From IMG/VR virus record IMGVR_UViG_3300024496_000012: 64,000 bases of DNA. The stretch is one strand, 5' to 3'. Position 1 is the stretch's first letter. Each line of letters starts with the position of its first letter. Below, one piece after another: positions 1-12,300 of the stretch. A program made the translations under genes and the position numbers. The notes under the pieces were generated by a model, which was not told where the DNA came from, did no database searches, and saw only the letters and a list, made by a program, of their open reading frames with translations. The DNA comes from a virus.

Positions 1-1618
1 CAAAAGCTGCTCCCCAAAATGGAGGATTTCCTGTACCTGCGGTCTGCAATACCTGACCCGGTTGTCCTGGCGGCAGCATCGTTGTGGTGCCTGGTCCAGA
101 CTGATATGGCAATGAACCGATTTGGCCGCTATCAAGATTCGTTGCGTTTATAGCGTGATCAGCTGTAGGAGCATTTCCTGTAATATCACCATGGAAAACT
201 GTACCGTATACATCGGCAGTGTACAAGTCTCCAAACTTTTTATTAGGTGTTCCTAGCAACCAACCACCATCTGTATCAGGAATAATCGCAGGTAAAGATG
301 CACCCCCTTCGGTAATAGTCACTGCACTAGGAGTTAATCTCAATGTAGGATAGCTGCCTGAAATCGTTATGTCTTGTATCGATAGATTAAACTCTGTGTT
401 TGCTTTAATTTTACCAATAGATCCATCAACTAATAGGCTAAAGTTGGTTGTGCTGCCGTTACCTAGTTTAATGCCCCCAAATCCCTGAACTGACAACTCA
501 TTTAGATACCCAACCTTGGTAAGATTTGAGTTGATTATGCCTGTATTTAGATCAGTACCGATTAAATTTTCTGCATCAACAGTTACATCAATATTAGCTG
601 AACCGTCAAAGAGGACTCCGTTTATAGTCCTCGCGGTTTGTAATCTAGTTGCAGTATAGCTATTACCAGTTAATACTGCACCTCTAAACTCATTGGCTGT
701 AATGATATTAAAATCGCTGATGCCGGTTGATGTAACATCACCAGTGACGTTACCTGTTAAATCTGCTGTGATTCTGTTTGCAGAAAAGTTTCCTGCGGTA
801 TCACGTGCAACAACTTTGCCTATAACATTATTTGGACTAGCATCTACACCCCAGGTAATATCAGTACTACCATTAAAGTTGCTACCTGTAATATAACTAC
901 CTTTCTTTAGTATGCCAGGTGTTGATGCTGTAATAGTTATATCAGACTGCCCGTCAAAAAATACTCCGTTGATTTTTCTTGGTGTTTCTAATCTTGAAGC
1001 TCTGTCGGCAAGACCTACTATATCCCCTTTAAGTTTAACAAACTCTGCTAGATTGATACCTTTAATGAGATTGTTAAAACCTAAAATACCAACATCAGGT
1101 CTAATAGTAAAGGCCGCACCGGATACTATAGCAATAACTTCGCCCGCTATTAACAGCTCTATTACAGGATGAGGGTTATTATTAGAGTCAAATAATACTG
1201 TAGATATGGCTCTGGTCATTGCGCCAAAGCCTTCAACGTTTTCAGGACCTATTAATGCCCATTCATCGCCGTTGAATACATAAAGTTGATTGATAGGAGT
1301 CTTTAACCATAGAGCTCCTGGAGCTGGATTTTCTGGTTCTGTATCCTGCACTGACCCGCCAATAGGGTGCCATTCAGTACCATTGTACACATTCATGGTA
1401 TTATTTGATGTATCAAACCATGTTTGTCCGCTAATAGGTCTCAGTGGCGGTTTATCATTGGCAAAGTTTTCTAACAGATATAAGAAGTTTTCATTCTGTT
1501 GTGTGCCATAGCCAATATAATTTTTACCTACTAGCCCAATGCTAGTAGTTGTATCTAACGTTCCATCTTGTAGAACAACAAGCTGCTGGCCGTTATATCT
1601 GTTAATAATGTAAGACAT
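1..1618 (-). CDS. Tail-fibre/baseplate-associated protein, runs off the left edge (not in the ORF track)
   Basis: Manual translation from ATG at 1618: MSYIINRYNGQQLVVLQDGTLDTTTSIGLVGKNYIGYGTQQNENFLYLLENFANDKPPLRPISGQTWFDT. This is the same N-terminal domain as the two neighbouring genes. It also contains ATRLQTARTINGVLFDGSANI-type fibre repeats, and GGAG lies upstream. Confidence 0.85.
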   Translation of the reverse strand, partial: MSYIINRYNGQQLVVLQDGTLDTTTSIGLVGKNYIGYGTQQNENFLYLLENFANDKPPLRPISGQTWFDTSNNTMNVYNGTEWHPIGGSVQDTEPENPAPGALWLKTPINQLYVFNGDEWALIGPENVEGFGAMTRAISTVLFDSNNNPHPVIELLIAGEVIAIVSGAAFTIRPDVGILGFNNLIKGINLAEFVKLKGDIVGLADRASRLETPRKINGVFFDGQSDITITASTPGILKKGSYITGSNFNGSTDITWGVDASPNNVIGKVVARDTAGNFSANRITADLTGNVTGDVTSTGISDFNIITANEFRGAVLTGNSYTATRLQTARTINGVLFDGSANIDVTVDAENLIGTDLNTGIINSNLTKVGYLNELSVQGFGGIKLGNGSTTNFSLLVDGSIGKIKANTEFNLSIQDITISGSYPTLRLTPSAVTITEGGASLPAIIPDTDGGWLLGTPNKKFGDLYTADVYGTVFHGDITGNAPTADHAINATNLDSGQIGSLPYQSGPGTTTMLPPGQPGQVLQTAGTGNPPFWGAAF

Positions 1619-1639
1619 GTTCTATGCGCTCCGATCTCA

Positions 1640-3523
1640 TTATGGTGGTAATACTGTGTCGCCTACAAACTGCCAGTTATTTGCGATAATCTGGAATATC
1701 TTAACGATACGTGTAACTGAAATTGTGCTAGGCGGAATGATTGCTGTGTTAATAGCAACGTTTGTAACTGCTGGAGCTGTACCTGTCGGAGTATTAAATG
1801 TAGCCGTACTCTGATTGAGCAAGGGATTTATATCTAATGTAGTAGACTGAGGACTTAGAATATTACATAAGACTCTAGCAACGGCTCCATTTCTAAAATC
1901 AGCAGGTGGCGCAACGTTATTCAAAATATTTGTGATGATGTAAGAGTTATCTTTACCATCTGAAAGATCAATACTTAATGCTACCGGACGTGTTTCTAAT
2001 CTATTATCTGTATATTCTTTAGTCGCAGCATCTTGGGCACTGACCGGATCTCCCATACCTGTGATTCTTGGATAACCTTGAAGGGCTATATTTCCATTCC
2101 CATTAGGTGCTATCTCTAAATCTTGGTCGGTTTGAAGTGTAGAAATCCTATTATCTTCCAACTTCATATAAGGTACAGGTGGAACACCTGGGCCAATATT
2201 AACTACAGACTGTGTACCAAATGATGTAACCCCAGGAATACTAGTAATATTAGCTCCCAACGAGTTTCCTGTTAAAACTGGAACTCCGTCGATAGCAAAA
2301 TATTTTCCTGCTGCGAGATTGATATGTTCTGAACTATTCCATGCTTTACTGTATAAAGCAGGCAACGCATCAATATATCCTCCAGCAATAGCTTCTGAAC
2401 TATTTGAACCCGCGGCTGCTCCGCCATCTGACCAAACAAAGACATGTGCTGTAGCACCTTGTACTATCATGCCACCTGTATCAGCATTTGCATCAGTAGG
2501 TAAGACTCCCGTAGTTTTTGCCAATACAATATTTTTATCTTCAACCGTTACTGTGGAAACGTTGACTGTAGTAGTGTCACCATTTACTGTTAGATTGCCA
2601 GCGATAGTTAGATTACCTGCAAGATTAACTTGGCTTTCTGGTTGATTAGGATATATGTCAATCGTCCTTGTCGATCCTGATATCCTAATGCCTGTTTCGG
2701 CTGTAATGTCTTTACGTACATTAATAAACAAATCTCTATTAGATGCAGAGTTAGCTAATATCACATCACCATTGGTAACTCGCAATGTCGCTTGGTCAGC
2801 ACTACCGATAATAATACCAAGGTCTGTGGTAATCTTCAACTGCCCTTGCATCGAGTTCGCAGTATCTGTTCGAACATAGTTAGCGGCTGGAACTGCATTT
2901 AAGTTTTCAGCATTAGTGGCCGTTACATTAAACTTTAATCCGGTTAGTGTACCTGCATTGAAACCAGGAATAATGCTGCCTGAAAACCCTGTGATAGCAT
3001 TCTTTGGAGTAAATGAATCTTTAGCAAATATTCCAAGTAAAATTCCGTTATTATACAATGATGTAATAACTCTAGTTTGATTTAATGTATCTAATATACT
3101 TTCAATCTTTAGACCACTTACACCTTGAGTCACTGAATAAGCAGGCGCTAACAATATCGTGCTAGTACCGTCATAGAAAAATAGTTGTTTGTCTACATCA
3201 TTGAACCAAAGATCACCAACACCCAACGTCGAAGGTTGGGTACTCGAAATAGTAGCAGAGCTCACGGGAACAAAACTAGTTCCTGTATAAACCTTTAGTT
3301 TTCCTTCTGCGGTATCAAACCATATCTGTCCTCGTATAGGATGTGATGGTTTTGTACTTCCTGAAAAATGTTCTAGAAGTTTTATTAAATTTTCATTAAG
3401 GGCTTCTCCAAAGCCGCTGTAGTTTTTTCCGATCAAAGTAAGATCAGTCGATAATGTATCGATTTGACCGTCTGCAACTACAGCTACTATTGATCCGTCT
3501 GTTCTGTTAACTTGATACGCCAT
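1640..3523 (-). CDS. Tail-fibre/baseplate-associated protein (paralog 2)
   Basis: 627 aa. N-terminal GKNYSGFGEALNENLIKLLEHF...GQIWFDT domain shared with both neighbours; Gly/Thr/Asn-rich beta-type composition. Confidence 0.75.
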   Translation of the reverse strand: MAYQVNRTDGSIVAVVADGQIDTLSTDLTLIGKNYSGFGEALNENLIKLLEHFSGSTKPSHPIRGQIWFDTAEGKLKVYTGTSFVPVSSATISSTQPSTLGVGDLWFNDVDKQLFFYDGTSTILLAPAYSVTQGVSGLKIESILDTLNQTRVITSLYNNGILLGIFAKDSFTPKNAITGFSGSIIPGFNAGTLTGLKFNVTATNAENLNAVPAANYVRTDTANSMQGQLKITTDLGIIIGSADQATLRVTNGDVILANSASNRDLFINVRKDITAETGIRISGSTRTIDIYPNQPESQVNLAGNLTIAGNLTVNGDTTTVNVSTVTVEDKNIVLAKTTGVLPTDANADTGGMIVQGATAHVFVWSDGGAAAGSNSSEAIAGGYIDALPALYSKAWNSSEHINLAAGKYFAIDGVPVLTGNSLGANITSIPGVTSFGTQSVVNIGPGVPPVPYMKLEDNRISTLQTDQDLEIAPNGNGNIALQGYPRITGMGDPVSAQDAATKEYTDNRLETRPVALSIDLSDGKDNSYIITNILNNVAPPADFRNGAVARVLCNILSPQSTTLDINPLLNQSTATFNTPTGTAPAVTNVAINTAIIPPSTISVTRIVKIFQIIANNWQFVGDTVLPP

Positions 3524-3535
3524 GTTCTTGCCCTA

Positions 3536-5680
3536 TTAGGTTGTAGTTGTTGTAAATGCCGGAGGACCAGATCTAATAATGTAGTTCACGGTTAGATATG
3601 GATTCATTATACCAACTGCCTGTTTTAATGTATAATCAACTGTTGGTTTCTTAATGCCTCCTGTAGTATTAAGATACTGTGCGCCACCAGGTACGTTCGG
3701 TCCAAGGCCAGTTGTTGCAGGAGAGTTAATAGCAGTATCCACTCTGACTGCAGAATATTGTATTCCATTTACTAACATAGAATGTTCGTGATCTGGAAGA
3801 TTTGACAGGTCTAATGTAACTGAACTCTGACCAGCAGAGCCGCCGATGCTTTGTGCCTTGATGTCAGGTACTCGACCAGCCGTGCCGCCGCCTGCATCAG
3901 TAAACCCGCCCAATGAGTTTGGAACACTCTGAGCATTATCCATATTGTCTCTGCCAAGAGCAAAGCGTCCTCGCATATCCGGAAGTCTAAATGTTCCTAC
4001 ACCAACTAGTGCTGTGGATCCATTATAAGTCGTTCCAATGATGTCATAAAGATCTGGATATTTTACACGCTCTACTTCTGATCCATCGCAGAACAAATAT
4101 CCGTATGGTGGAAGTTGTCCTGCATAAGGGAACATAGTCCCTATAGGAACACCTAGATCTCCGATAAAAGTATTTCTAGTCTGTTTGAGAAGACCGCTAG
4201 CTCCACCTTGTCCTGCCAAGCTAGGTCTATAGGTTAATACTAAATCCTCAGCGTTAGAATAGTTAGGATTAGGAAAATCTTTACTACTGATAATATTTGA
4301 TGTCAGCGATGTAACAAATATTTTTGTAGAACCCCCCACTTGCCCATCAAAAGAGATCGAAGGACTAATGACGTCTCCTTCAAGTTTAAAAGTTGTTGCT
4401 GTTCTCAAACTGGTTGCTGTGTTGGCGTTACCACTAATGTTACCATTCAAGATACCTTGTATTTCATCAGCAACGATAGTTTTTGCTCTCACAGTTTTCC
4501 AACGCTTGCTTGTCGAGCCCAGGTCAAATGTTTCTGTTGCCGATGGAACTACTCCACCTAACTGGGATGTTCCTGATACTGTTAGATCAGTACCGATCAG
4601 TACATTCTTTGTAACAGAAATGCCACCAAGTGTTCTTAAACTTCCGTTTGAAAGATTAGTACTCTGTGTGGTATTATTAATAATAACTGAACCGGTTATT
4701 TGTAGGTTACCGTCAATATCAAGAGCTTCTTCTGGCGCTAAAACATTAACACCTACAGACGTTCCTTTAACTCGAAGGACTGTGTTTGGTATTCCGTCTT
4801 TGTTAGTTTGTAAATCTAAAGAGCTTCCCGATTTAGAGTTGTAAATCGATGCTGATGTATTGTCATTAGATATACGGAAATCACTGTTAACACCTAGAGT
4901 TAAACCTTCATTGCTTCGAATAATGATCCCATAATCTGTTGTATTAGAAATATCCGATCTTAAAAACTTACCGGCGGCAACTTCTGTACCACCGACATTT
5001 AGTGCGTCCGCATTTTTTGCTGTTCCAAAAAGTTTAGGAATGTACCCGCCTTGAAATTTATCTTGTGTTGTTGCATCTGGGATATGGATGTTGATACCAG
5101 AATGTATAGGTACGGGATTTATTGCTGTCGGACTAAACCCTGGAATGTTTACTTTTGGTGTAAAACTATCTTTACTTACAATGATGATAGGTACATCAGC
5201 GATATAGAAAACTAAAATATTTCTTGTTACGTTGTCGCTATCTGATATAGCTTCTACAGCCGGTCCGTATCTTAGACCATCAACTGAACTTTCTGCAGGA
5301 CCTACAAGAATCCATCTAGCACCTGTGAAGATTCTTAACTGTTGATTGGTTGTGTCAATCCATAACTCACCAACTTTGGCTGTTTCTACACTTGGTTCAG
5401 AAGGACCTTTTTGTATTCCTGAAGCTGCTTTCCAATCACCATCGTAAAGTTTGAGCTGTGCATTTACTGTATCGTACCAAACCTGACCCACTGTAGGGTT
5501 AACTGGTTCGGTTCCAGCGGCAAAATTTTCTAGTAGATGTAGAAAGTTTTCTGCTATAGTTTGACCGTATCCTGTTACATTTCTACCAGGAAATGTTAGA
5601 CTGGTGCTAGAAGTGTCTGACGTATTGTCATAGACAGTGATAATCTTTGTTTTATCAGTACTGGTTACATTATATGGCAT
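3536..5680 (-). CDS. Short tail-fibre-like protein with phage tail-collar domain (paralog 3)
   Basis: 714 aa. Shared N-terminal domain; C-terminal GTMFPYAGQLPPYGYLFCDGSEV...YPDLYDIIG...FRLPDMRGRF is the tail-collar motif. Confidence 0.85.
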   Translation of the reverse strand: MPYNVTSTDKTKIITVYDNTSDTSSTSLTFPGRNVTGYGQTIAENFLHLLENFAAGTEPVNPTVGQVWYDTVNAQLKLYDGDWKAASGIQKGPSEPSVETAKVGELWIDTTNQQLRIFTGARWILVGPAESSVDGLRYGPAVEAISDSDNVTRNILVFYIADVPIIIVSKDSFTPKVNIPGFSPTAINPVPIHSGINIHIPDATTQDKFQGGYIPKLFGTAKNADALNVGGTEVAAGKFLRSDISNTTDYGIIIRSNEGLTLGVNSDFRISNDNTSASIYNSKSGSSLDLQTNKDGIPNTVLRVKGTSVGVNVLAPEEALDIDGNLQITGSVIINNTTQSTNLSNGSLRTLGGISVTKNVLIGTDLTVSGTSQLGGVVPSATETFDLGSTSKRWKTVRAKTIVADEIQGILNGNISGNANTATSLRTATTFKLEGDVISPSISFDGQVGGSTKIFVTSLTSNIISSKDFPNPNYSNAEDLVLTYRPSLAGQGGASGLLKQTRNTFIGDLGVPIGTMFPYAGQLPPYGYLFCDGSEVERVKYPDLYDIIGTTYNGSTALVGVGTFRLPDMRGRFALGRDNMDNAQSVPNSLGGFTDAGGGTAGRVPDIKAQSIGGSAGQSSVTLDLSNLPDHEHSMLVNGIQYSAVRVDTAINSPATTGLGPNVPGGAQYLNTTGGIKKPTVDYTLKQAVGIMNPYLTVNYIIRSGPPAFTTTTT

Positions 5681-5683
5681 TTA

Positions 5684-6343
5684 TTAAGCTCCAGTGAATC
5701 CAGTTAGACTCTGAATACGTATTGTATAATCAATCTGTAATAACCTATTCAAAGATTTTTGTACGGGGTGAAATACCACGTGTGTAAGAAGTTTACCTGT
5801 TCCGCTAGGATCGTAACTTCTTAGACCAAGTTCGTCAAAAACAAAGTTTCCGCTTAAATCCACAGAGTTGTCAAATGCTTCCTGATCAGTAGGTTCGCCG
5901 TAATCTAATAAACAACTAACAACAATATCCGAGTAAGTGGCTCCACTAATATGACGTATTTCCATCTTATTACGAACAGGATCTGAGTTGATTGCTGCTT
6001 GCTGATCTACTATTTTTTGATAGGTTTTGCTGTATAAACTAGAGTTTACACCGATAGTATTCGGAGTAAGATAAGTTATGAGTCCTGTAGGATCGACGGT
6101 TGTTCCGCCGTTACCAAAATCCATTTGATAGATAGTACCCAATCCCTGGTTTGATAAACTCTGTACCATCGCTACAGACATATTTTCATAATGAATAGCA
6201 TTACGCTTATCTACGAATATCTCGCCGTTTTGCGGATCATAGATCTTGATATGCCCTTCAAAATGGAAACCTCCAATTTCGTTGGGCTGAGCATCAGTTT
6301 TTTGCTGTTGGTTTTCGGTCATGTTAGTCTCTTGTGGTTCCAT
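5684..6343 (-). CDS. Hypothetical virion/baseplate protein
   Basis: 219-aa ORF inside the structural operon with its own TAAATA promoter; no recognisable catalytic motif. Confidence 0.6.
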   Translation of the reverse strand: MEPQETNMTENQQQKTDAQPNEIGGFHFEGHIKIYDPQNGEIFVDKRNAIHYENMSVAMVQSLSNQGLGTIYQMDFGNGGTTVDPTGLITYLTPNTIGVNSSLYSKTYQKIVDQQAAINSDPVRNKMEIRHISGATYSDIVVSCLLDYGEPTDQEAFDNSVDLSGNFVFDELGLRSYDPSGTGKLLTHVVFHPVQKSLNRLLQIDYTIRIQSLTGFTGA

Positions 6344-6348
6344 ATCAG

Positions 6349-6354
6349 TATTTA
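6349..6354 (-). promoter_or_regulatory. T4-type late promoter core (TAAATA), 5 nt before ATG 6343
   Basis: Minus strand reads GAATAAATACTGAT-ATG; it overlaps the TAA of the upstream giant gene; no SD. Confidence 0.65.
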
Positions 6355-9300
6355 TTCAGGTATTTTAGTAGTCTTTTCTGCTATGAATCTAGCGATCGGA
6401 GTTGTGTTTTCTAGCAGCGTAACGCCTCTAGTAACGGTATTTTCGCCTCGATCATACCAAGTTCTACCTAGTTTCCTGATGACAGTTATCAGCGTATTTG
6501 CTGGAACTGTTTCGGTTAGTCTTATGTAAGGGGTGGTTCCGTCAACACTAAACTCTGCTTCAAGAGTCTTGTATTTTCCGGATCCTTCGGCTCCTAGAGT
6601 TTCATCAAATACCTGTAAGGGATCTTTACGCAGTCTGCGGCCGCCTACAAATACTTCTATCTGATCACAAGGCCCAAAATCTGATGGGATGGTATTTTTA
6701 TACCATATTGATCTAGTTCCTTTGCTAGGTGTAAACTCTAACGGTCCGATTGTTTGAGCTGTTCCTATAGTAGAATCGTCTGATTTCCCATCGCTGGTAA
6801 AATCTGTACGATCTTGCGTTTCGTTATAAGGAACTGTTTCCTTGATACCTACATCAACGACATAGCTGCCCTTGGCATGCAATGTAGCTATCGATGTTCC
6901 TAGGCTTCCTCTTCTGAGTTTAGAAAGAACATTTCCAACCTTAGATAGATACTCAATACGCTCGTTGTTTATGGTTATTATTCCAGGAATATTTCTAGAA
7001 GGAATAGGATCTGAAAGTTCAGTAGAATCTGTAACTTCTAGTGAGGTGTCAAAATAGTTCAAATCTTTTGCCAGTACAACATCCATTCCTTGTGAATACC
7101 TCTTGAAGTGGTAGACATTTAACATGTCTTTATAGATTTCATATCCACTAGGTAATCTATAGATCTGAGACCCAAATAAAAGAATTTTTATATTATCATC
7201 TTCAGTAGTCTTGTTCTTGAGATATATCAATGATCGATCTTGATCTACATAATAATCAACATCTTGTGACAATCTATCTCCATTTTTATAAACCCATACA
7301 TAGCTTACTGATATAGGGCTGTGAGAGAGTCGGTATTGTACCTTACCACCAGTATATTCGTCTGAGATTAGATCCATCGAAGTATATTCGTTGAACCATG
7401 TAACACCAATAGTGTCACCGTCAACTAATGATATTGTATCTAATAAAACTAGACTATTGTTTTCTATTTTATAATCAGATATAAAATTTGTTTCTATTTT
7501 AATAACATCACCTTTAGTCAATGATTTTGTGATAGTAATAGTTTTAGAAGTACCATCATAGACATAATCTTGAATAAAAGTCTTAAGTTCATCGTTAATA
7601 TAAACAGAAATGTTGCTAGTTAGTACAGCACCCGGGCCGGTGTAAGGATCTTCTCCTAGAACAAAATCTTTAGTTACTCCATCATAGACAAAATAAACAC
7701 TATCGGGTCCCTTTAATGCTTTTCCGTTAACTTCGACTATCATCGATGACGCGGCCGATGCGTTAAGAACATTATTAAAGTTGGCACCGATCTGAGATAC
7801 TAGTTTAGGATCTTCAGTTACAGAATGATTTAAACTAAAGGTTCTTGTACTTCCTTCATAGTTAAACACTTGTTGATTGATCCTTACTACACCGTATCCG
7901 TCTAATACATTACCGTTTTCAGAACCTAAAACAAGTATAGATATTACATCACCTAGAGTTGGTTTTATACCAAACTGGACCAATGTTCTATTTTGAGAAT
8001 CAACAACTCCTGTACTGTTGACGAATGCTGTTTCCTTATAGATTCCATTTACTGTTACAAATATTGAAGTAGTATCTGTATAGTTTGCATCAGTTAAAAA
8101 TAAACTAGTATCACCATCAGCTACAAACTCTTGATAATCTAAAAGATTGTGGCCGCCAATACCTAAAGAAATAATTTCAATAATATTTCCCGCAGGTGCT
8201 AGGCTGTTTAAAGTTATTTCTTGATCTTTATAATCGATAGAATAATCTATAGTTTCTGTTTTCTTAATCTTATTGATATAGACTAACAAAGAGCTATTTT
8301 CGATTATTTTTTGTCCTATCTTATAAGTTAAAGTTATTCCATCTGAATAGATAGTCCTGTGGTTAAGAGGAGTGGCTCCCGACCTTGTGTTATTAAACAC
8401 TTTTATAGAAAGACTATCTAGTACCTGTCCAGGAACATTTTCTTCAGGTGCAGGAACTTGTTCAGGACTTATAAATTTACCACCCTCTAGAACTATTTCT
8501 TCTGCGGCAGTACCTGAAGCAGTTGAATATGCTCCGCTCATAGCAGCTAATGTGCCACCACTTATCTTTGTGTCTAAAATGTTGGAATCATTAATAGTAA
8601 CAGAACCATCACTTTCGATTTGTCTGAATACCAATGTATCACCTGCATTTAAACTCAAATAAGGAGTTAGCATTATCACAGAAGTCGATCCATCCCCTAT
8701 AAAGGTAGGTATTTCTGCATGAGGATTAGTCTGCATAGAACTATCTTGCGCAGGGTTAAAATATGGATCGTCTATTCTTATAAACTGTGTGTCACCATTT
8801 CTCTTAATATAGATGTTATAAATTTGGCCAGCAGCAGGAGGTGCATCAAAAGTATACGATGCCGTACTTCCATCTGCCCTAAAATAAATGTCATTTGATG
8901 ATTCTACACTGTCCCAGCTGTCAGAAAACCAAGGTAGAGCATCCCAACCACCAGTGACTTCAAATGTTGTTCCTTGTACTTGGACGCCACCAAAGTCTAG
9001 ACCGGTCATTAACTGATTAAGTTCTTTTCCTAGCATTCCAGAAGCAGTAGGCGATGATGATTCTGTTAGATAATATTTGTTTATCCTGTCAACAGCATAC
9101 AATAACTCATCGTTCTTTTCGTAGGTAATAACGATATTGTCACCTTTGTTTGGAGCTGAAACAAAGATTACCGATCCTTTTAATAAAGAGTAGTTGTCTA
9201 TACCTTCTTTATAAATCTTTACAGAATATTCATCTTTATAAACAACATTACCATTTCTTAAAATGTTGATCTTATTCTTATTGTTAGATGGTGCATAGCT

Positions 9301-12300
9301 GAGTTTAAAAACAGCATTGTTTCCTTCAGCAACAAAAGTATCTGTCTTTGTAAAAGTAGAATAAGAAGATTCTTTATTAACTCGATCAAATCTCAATGAA
9401 AGATTAAATGTCCTAGTTTTAGAATCACCAAGTACCGGTATTGCTGTTGCTATATCGGTGCTGTTTCCGTTGCCGCCAACTAGTTTTATAGAAGCTCTTG
9501 TGTATCCTGAGCCAGCAGTTAACAACTCAACACCAGACACAGATCCGTTTGAGATGTAGGCTTTTGCAGTTGCGCCGGTTCCGTCGCCGTCAATAATAAC
9601 TGTAGGCGGTGAATTATATTCTGATCCCGGATTAGACAACCTAATCTCAGTTATAGAATATCTATGATTATCGAGCCACCATTTCCATGGATATCTCTGA
9701 ATCGTTTCTTGGGTTTCTGTTACTGATGTTATTTTTCCTTCAGATACATTATATGCAGGTGGAAGGTCAAAATCAGAAGTAGATAGTCCTGTTGTTTCTA
9801 GGGTATTATACCTACTAATGTATTCTCTCACTGTTGTTCTATATGGTTTAACTTCGTTGATATAATCTTGGAAGCTCGCAAGGTTATCATTTTTATAGTT
9901 TAACTTCTGCTCAAAAGCTCCAACATTATGTGTGGCAGTAACAAGACTAGTCTTGAACATCCAATCAACATATTTCTGTTCTGTTAATACATATCGAACT
10001 GCTACAAAGAACAAACTACTCCATTGGTCGCCGAAACCTAGATTATAGGCATTATCTTTTACTGCACGTAGAATATTTCTTAGTTCTTTAGCGTTTTCAA
10101 GATCATAAAATGCAGTATCGTATGACTTGTTATTATCATAACCTATTCCGCCAACTGTTGGATCGTATAGAGAAGGTTCTAATAAAACTGTTCCTTTTTC
10201 TCTTCCTACTAGCATCCAGTCATCTGACGGATTCGAGCTACCTTCAGAAGTTTTTAACAATACAGCCCAACCGCCAGATGCGTATTCTTTTATACGTACC
10301 ATATCGCCTACATAGGTGGTAACAAACCCTAGATATGAAATATTAGGAATCTCTTTGACTATTCTGTCAACTGATGAATAACCGGTCAACCACCAGTCTT
10401 GTAAACTCCAATATCTAGTTGTATCATAAGCCTGAGTTCTTGTGCGATAGAATGTCTTCTTATCACTGTTGTAGGCATATATGCCCCAGAAGTTATTGGC
10501 TGTAGCATCTTTGTTAACCAACACTGAGAAAGGTCTAATGGATGCAGAAGCATAACTGTACTTTCTACCTTTAGTTGTAACCGTAACAGATATTATTCTG
10601 CCTTGTGAATCTATAGTTGCTTCGGCTGCTGCTAGTTCACCATCTCCGTCAATGATTACTGGTGGAACTACTTTGTAACCAAAACCTTTGCTTACTATAT
10701 CAATAGTATCTACCTGTCCGTTTATGATATTCACTTGCAAAATCGCAGGTTCTACACGAGTAGTGCTTACGGTTTCAAGATCGATATCTGTGTCAACTGC
10801 TACATCATAGAGATTTAGTTGGCTGTTAGGGGCAGGATCGACTAGATTTAGGTACGTAAAGTCCAATGAATCTGTCAACGGATACGTTGACAAGAATGCA
10901 TTCAGATTATCGACTGTTAATCTTAGTGCAGTTAATCGGTTAATAAACATACCTTGTCTAGGTCTAAACTCGATTCCGTATCTTAATTTCGCAGGCAGTC
11001 CCGGATCAGGAACTCTATTACCAACAGAATCGTATCCTACAAGACTGTCGATCCATTTGGTTTCAAGTTTATAAGACGGAACACCTTGAGTTGACCCTTC
11101 TCTAATCAACTGGTATTCGTTGTGTACAGGGTTTAACGAACTAGTATCTTTCTTATACTCTATATTCAACAAAGCATAATCAGTTGAAATAATCGATTTG
11201 AAGTTATACAACAAAAGAGTATTTTCTGCTGCTATGCCTACAAATGCTGTTCCCGAACCAATAGGGTTATTAATATATGAAGCCACTGTTGATGCTGATA
11301 TATTTCTGCCTATAACATTAGTAGGTAAAATAGTTTTATTTTTTACCCAGTAATAGTAGTACGTTTCTGTTGCCGCACCAGTCGACGCATTATATAGAAT
11401 ACGTTGAGAATAGACATCGTCGTTAGGATATAAAGGTTGTCCTGAGATACCGTTGGCTATTCCGTTGTTTGTATCTGCTAATGCGGCCCACTCACTAGGC
11501 AACAGTTTGGTCTTTACCCATTCATAAACATCGATGCTAGAACCAGGAACTTGTCTACTCCAGTTTCCTACTCTATAAGATGTATCACCTTGTTCGTAGT
11601 ACATCCACTTAGCTGTAGATGTATTCCACCATAGTTTTCCTACATGATGATCAGTCCATTCTTGCGATGGTATAACTGTTTGTAAGTCTGTACCAATAGA
11701 ATACACAGCAGGATCGTAAGGAACTTTGAAAGTTAACTCTTGTTCTGCTTCGTTTAATATTTTACCCTTAGCTGGATCGATTATATCCAGATCTTGTATT
11801 TTTTTATTGTTTACATCATCGTAAAGAGAAATGCTCTTTAACTTTTCTATATCAACGACTAAGCTTCTTTGCGATAGGATCTCCCAAGAATTTACATTTT
11901 CTAGTTTCTTGAACAGTCTCACATGACCGGTCTTTTGATTTAATACGTTAGAATAATAATCAGGAGAACCAACTAAAATGTTATCTGGTGTACAATACAC
12001 GCTGTAACCAAAAGATTCGTTCGATGACAGATCAGCAGATAGTTTTTCAGCTAAGAAATAAACATCTGCTTTTCTCTCGAATACGTAAACTGCTCCGGCA
12101 AAACCATAATCTTTACTAAATCTTGTAGCTCCGTGATCGAAGGTAGTAGTTCCTTCATCCTTGCTAAAGAATGTAACCGACTCATGATAAGGAGTATTCT
12201 TTGCTCCAATAACAATTTTTTCTGTATTTCCACTTATACAGATGCTCTGTCCAAAATATTCATTAGGATAATCTTCAAAACTTTCTAGTTTTTGTTTTAC

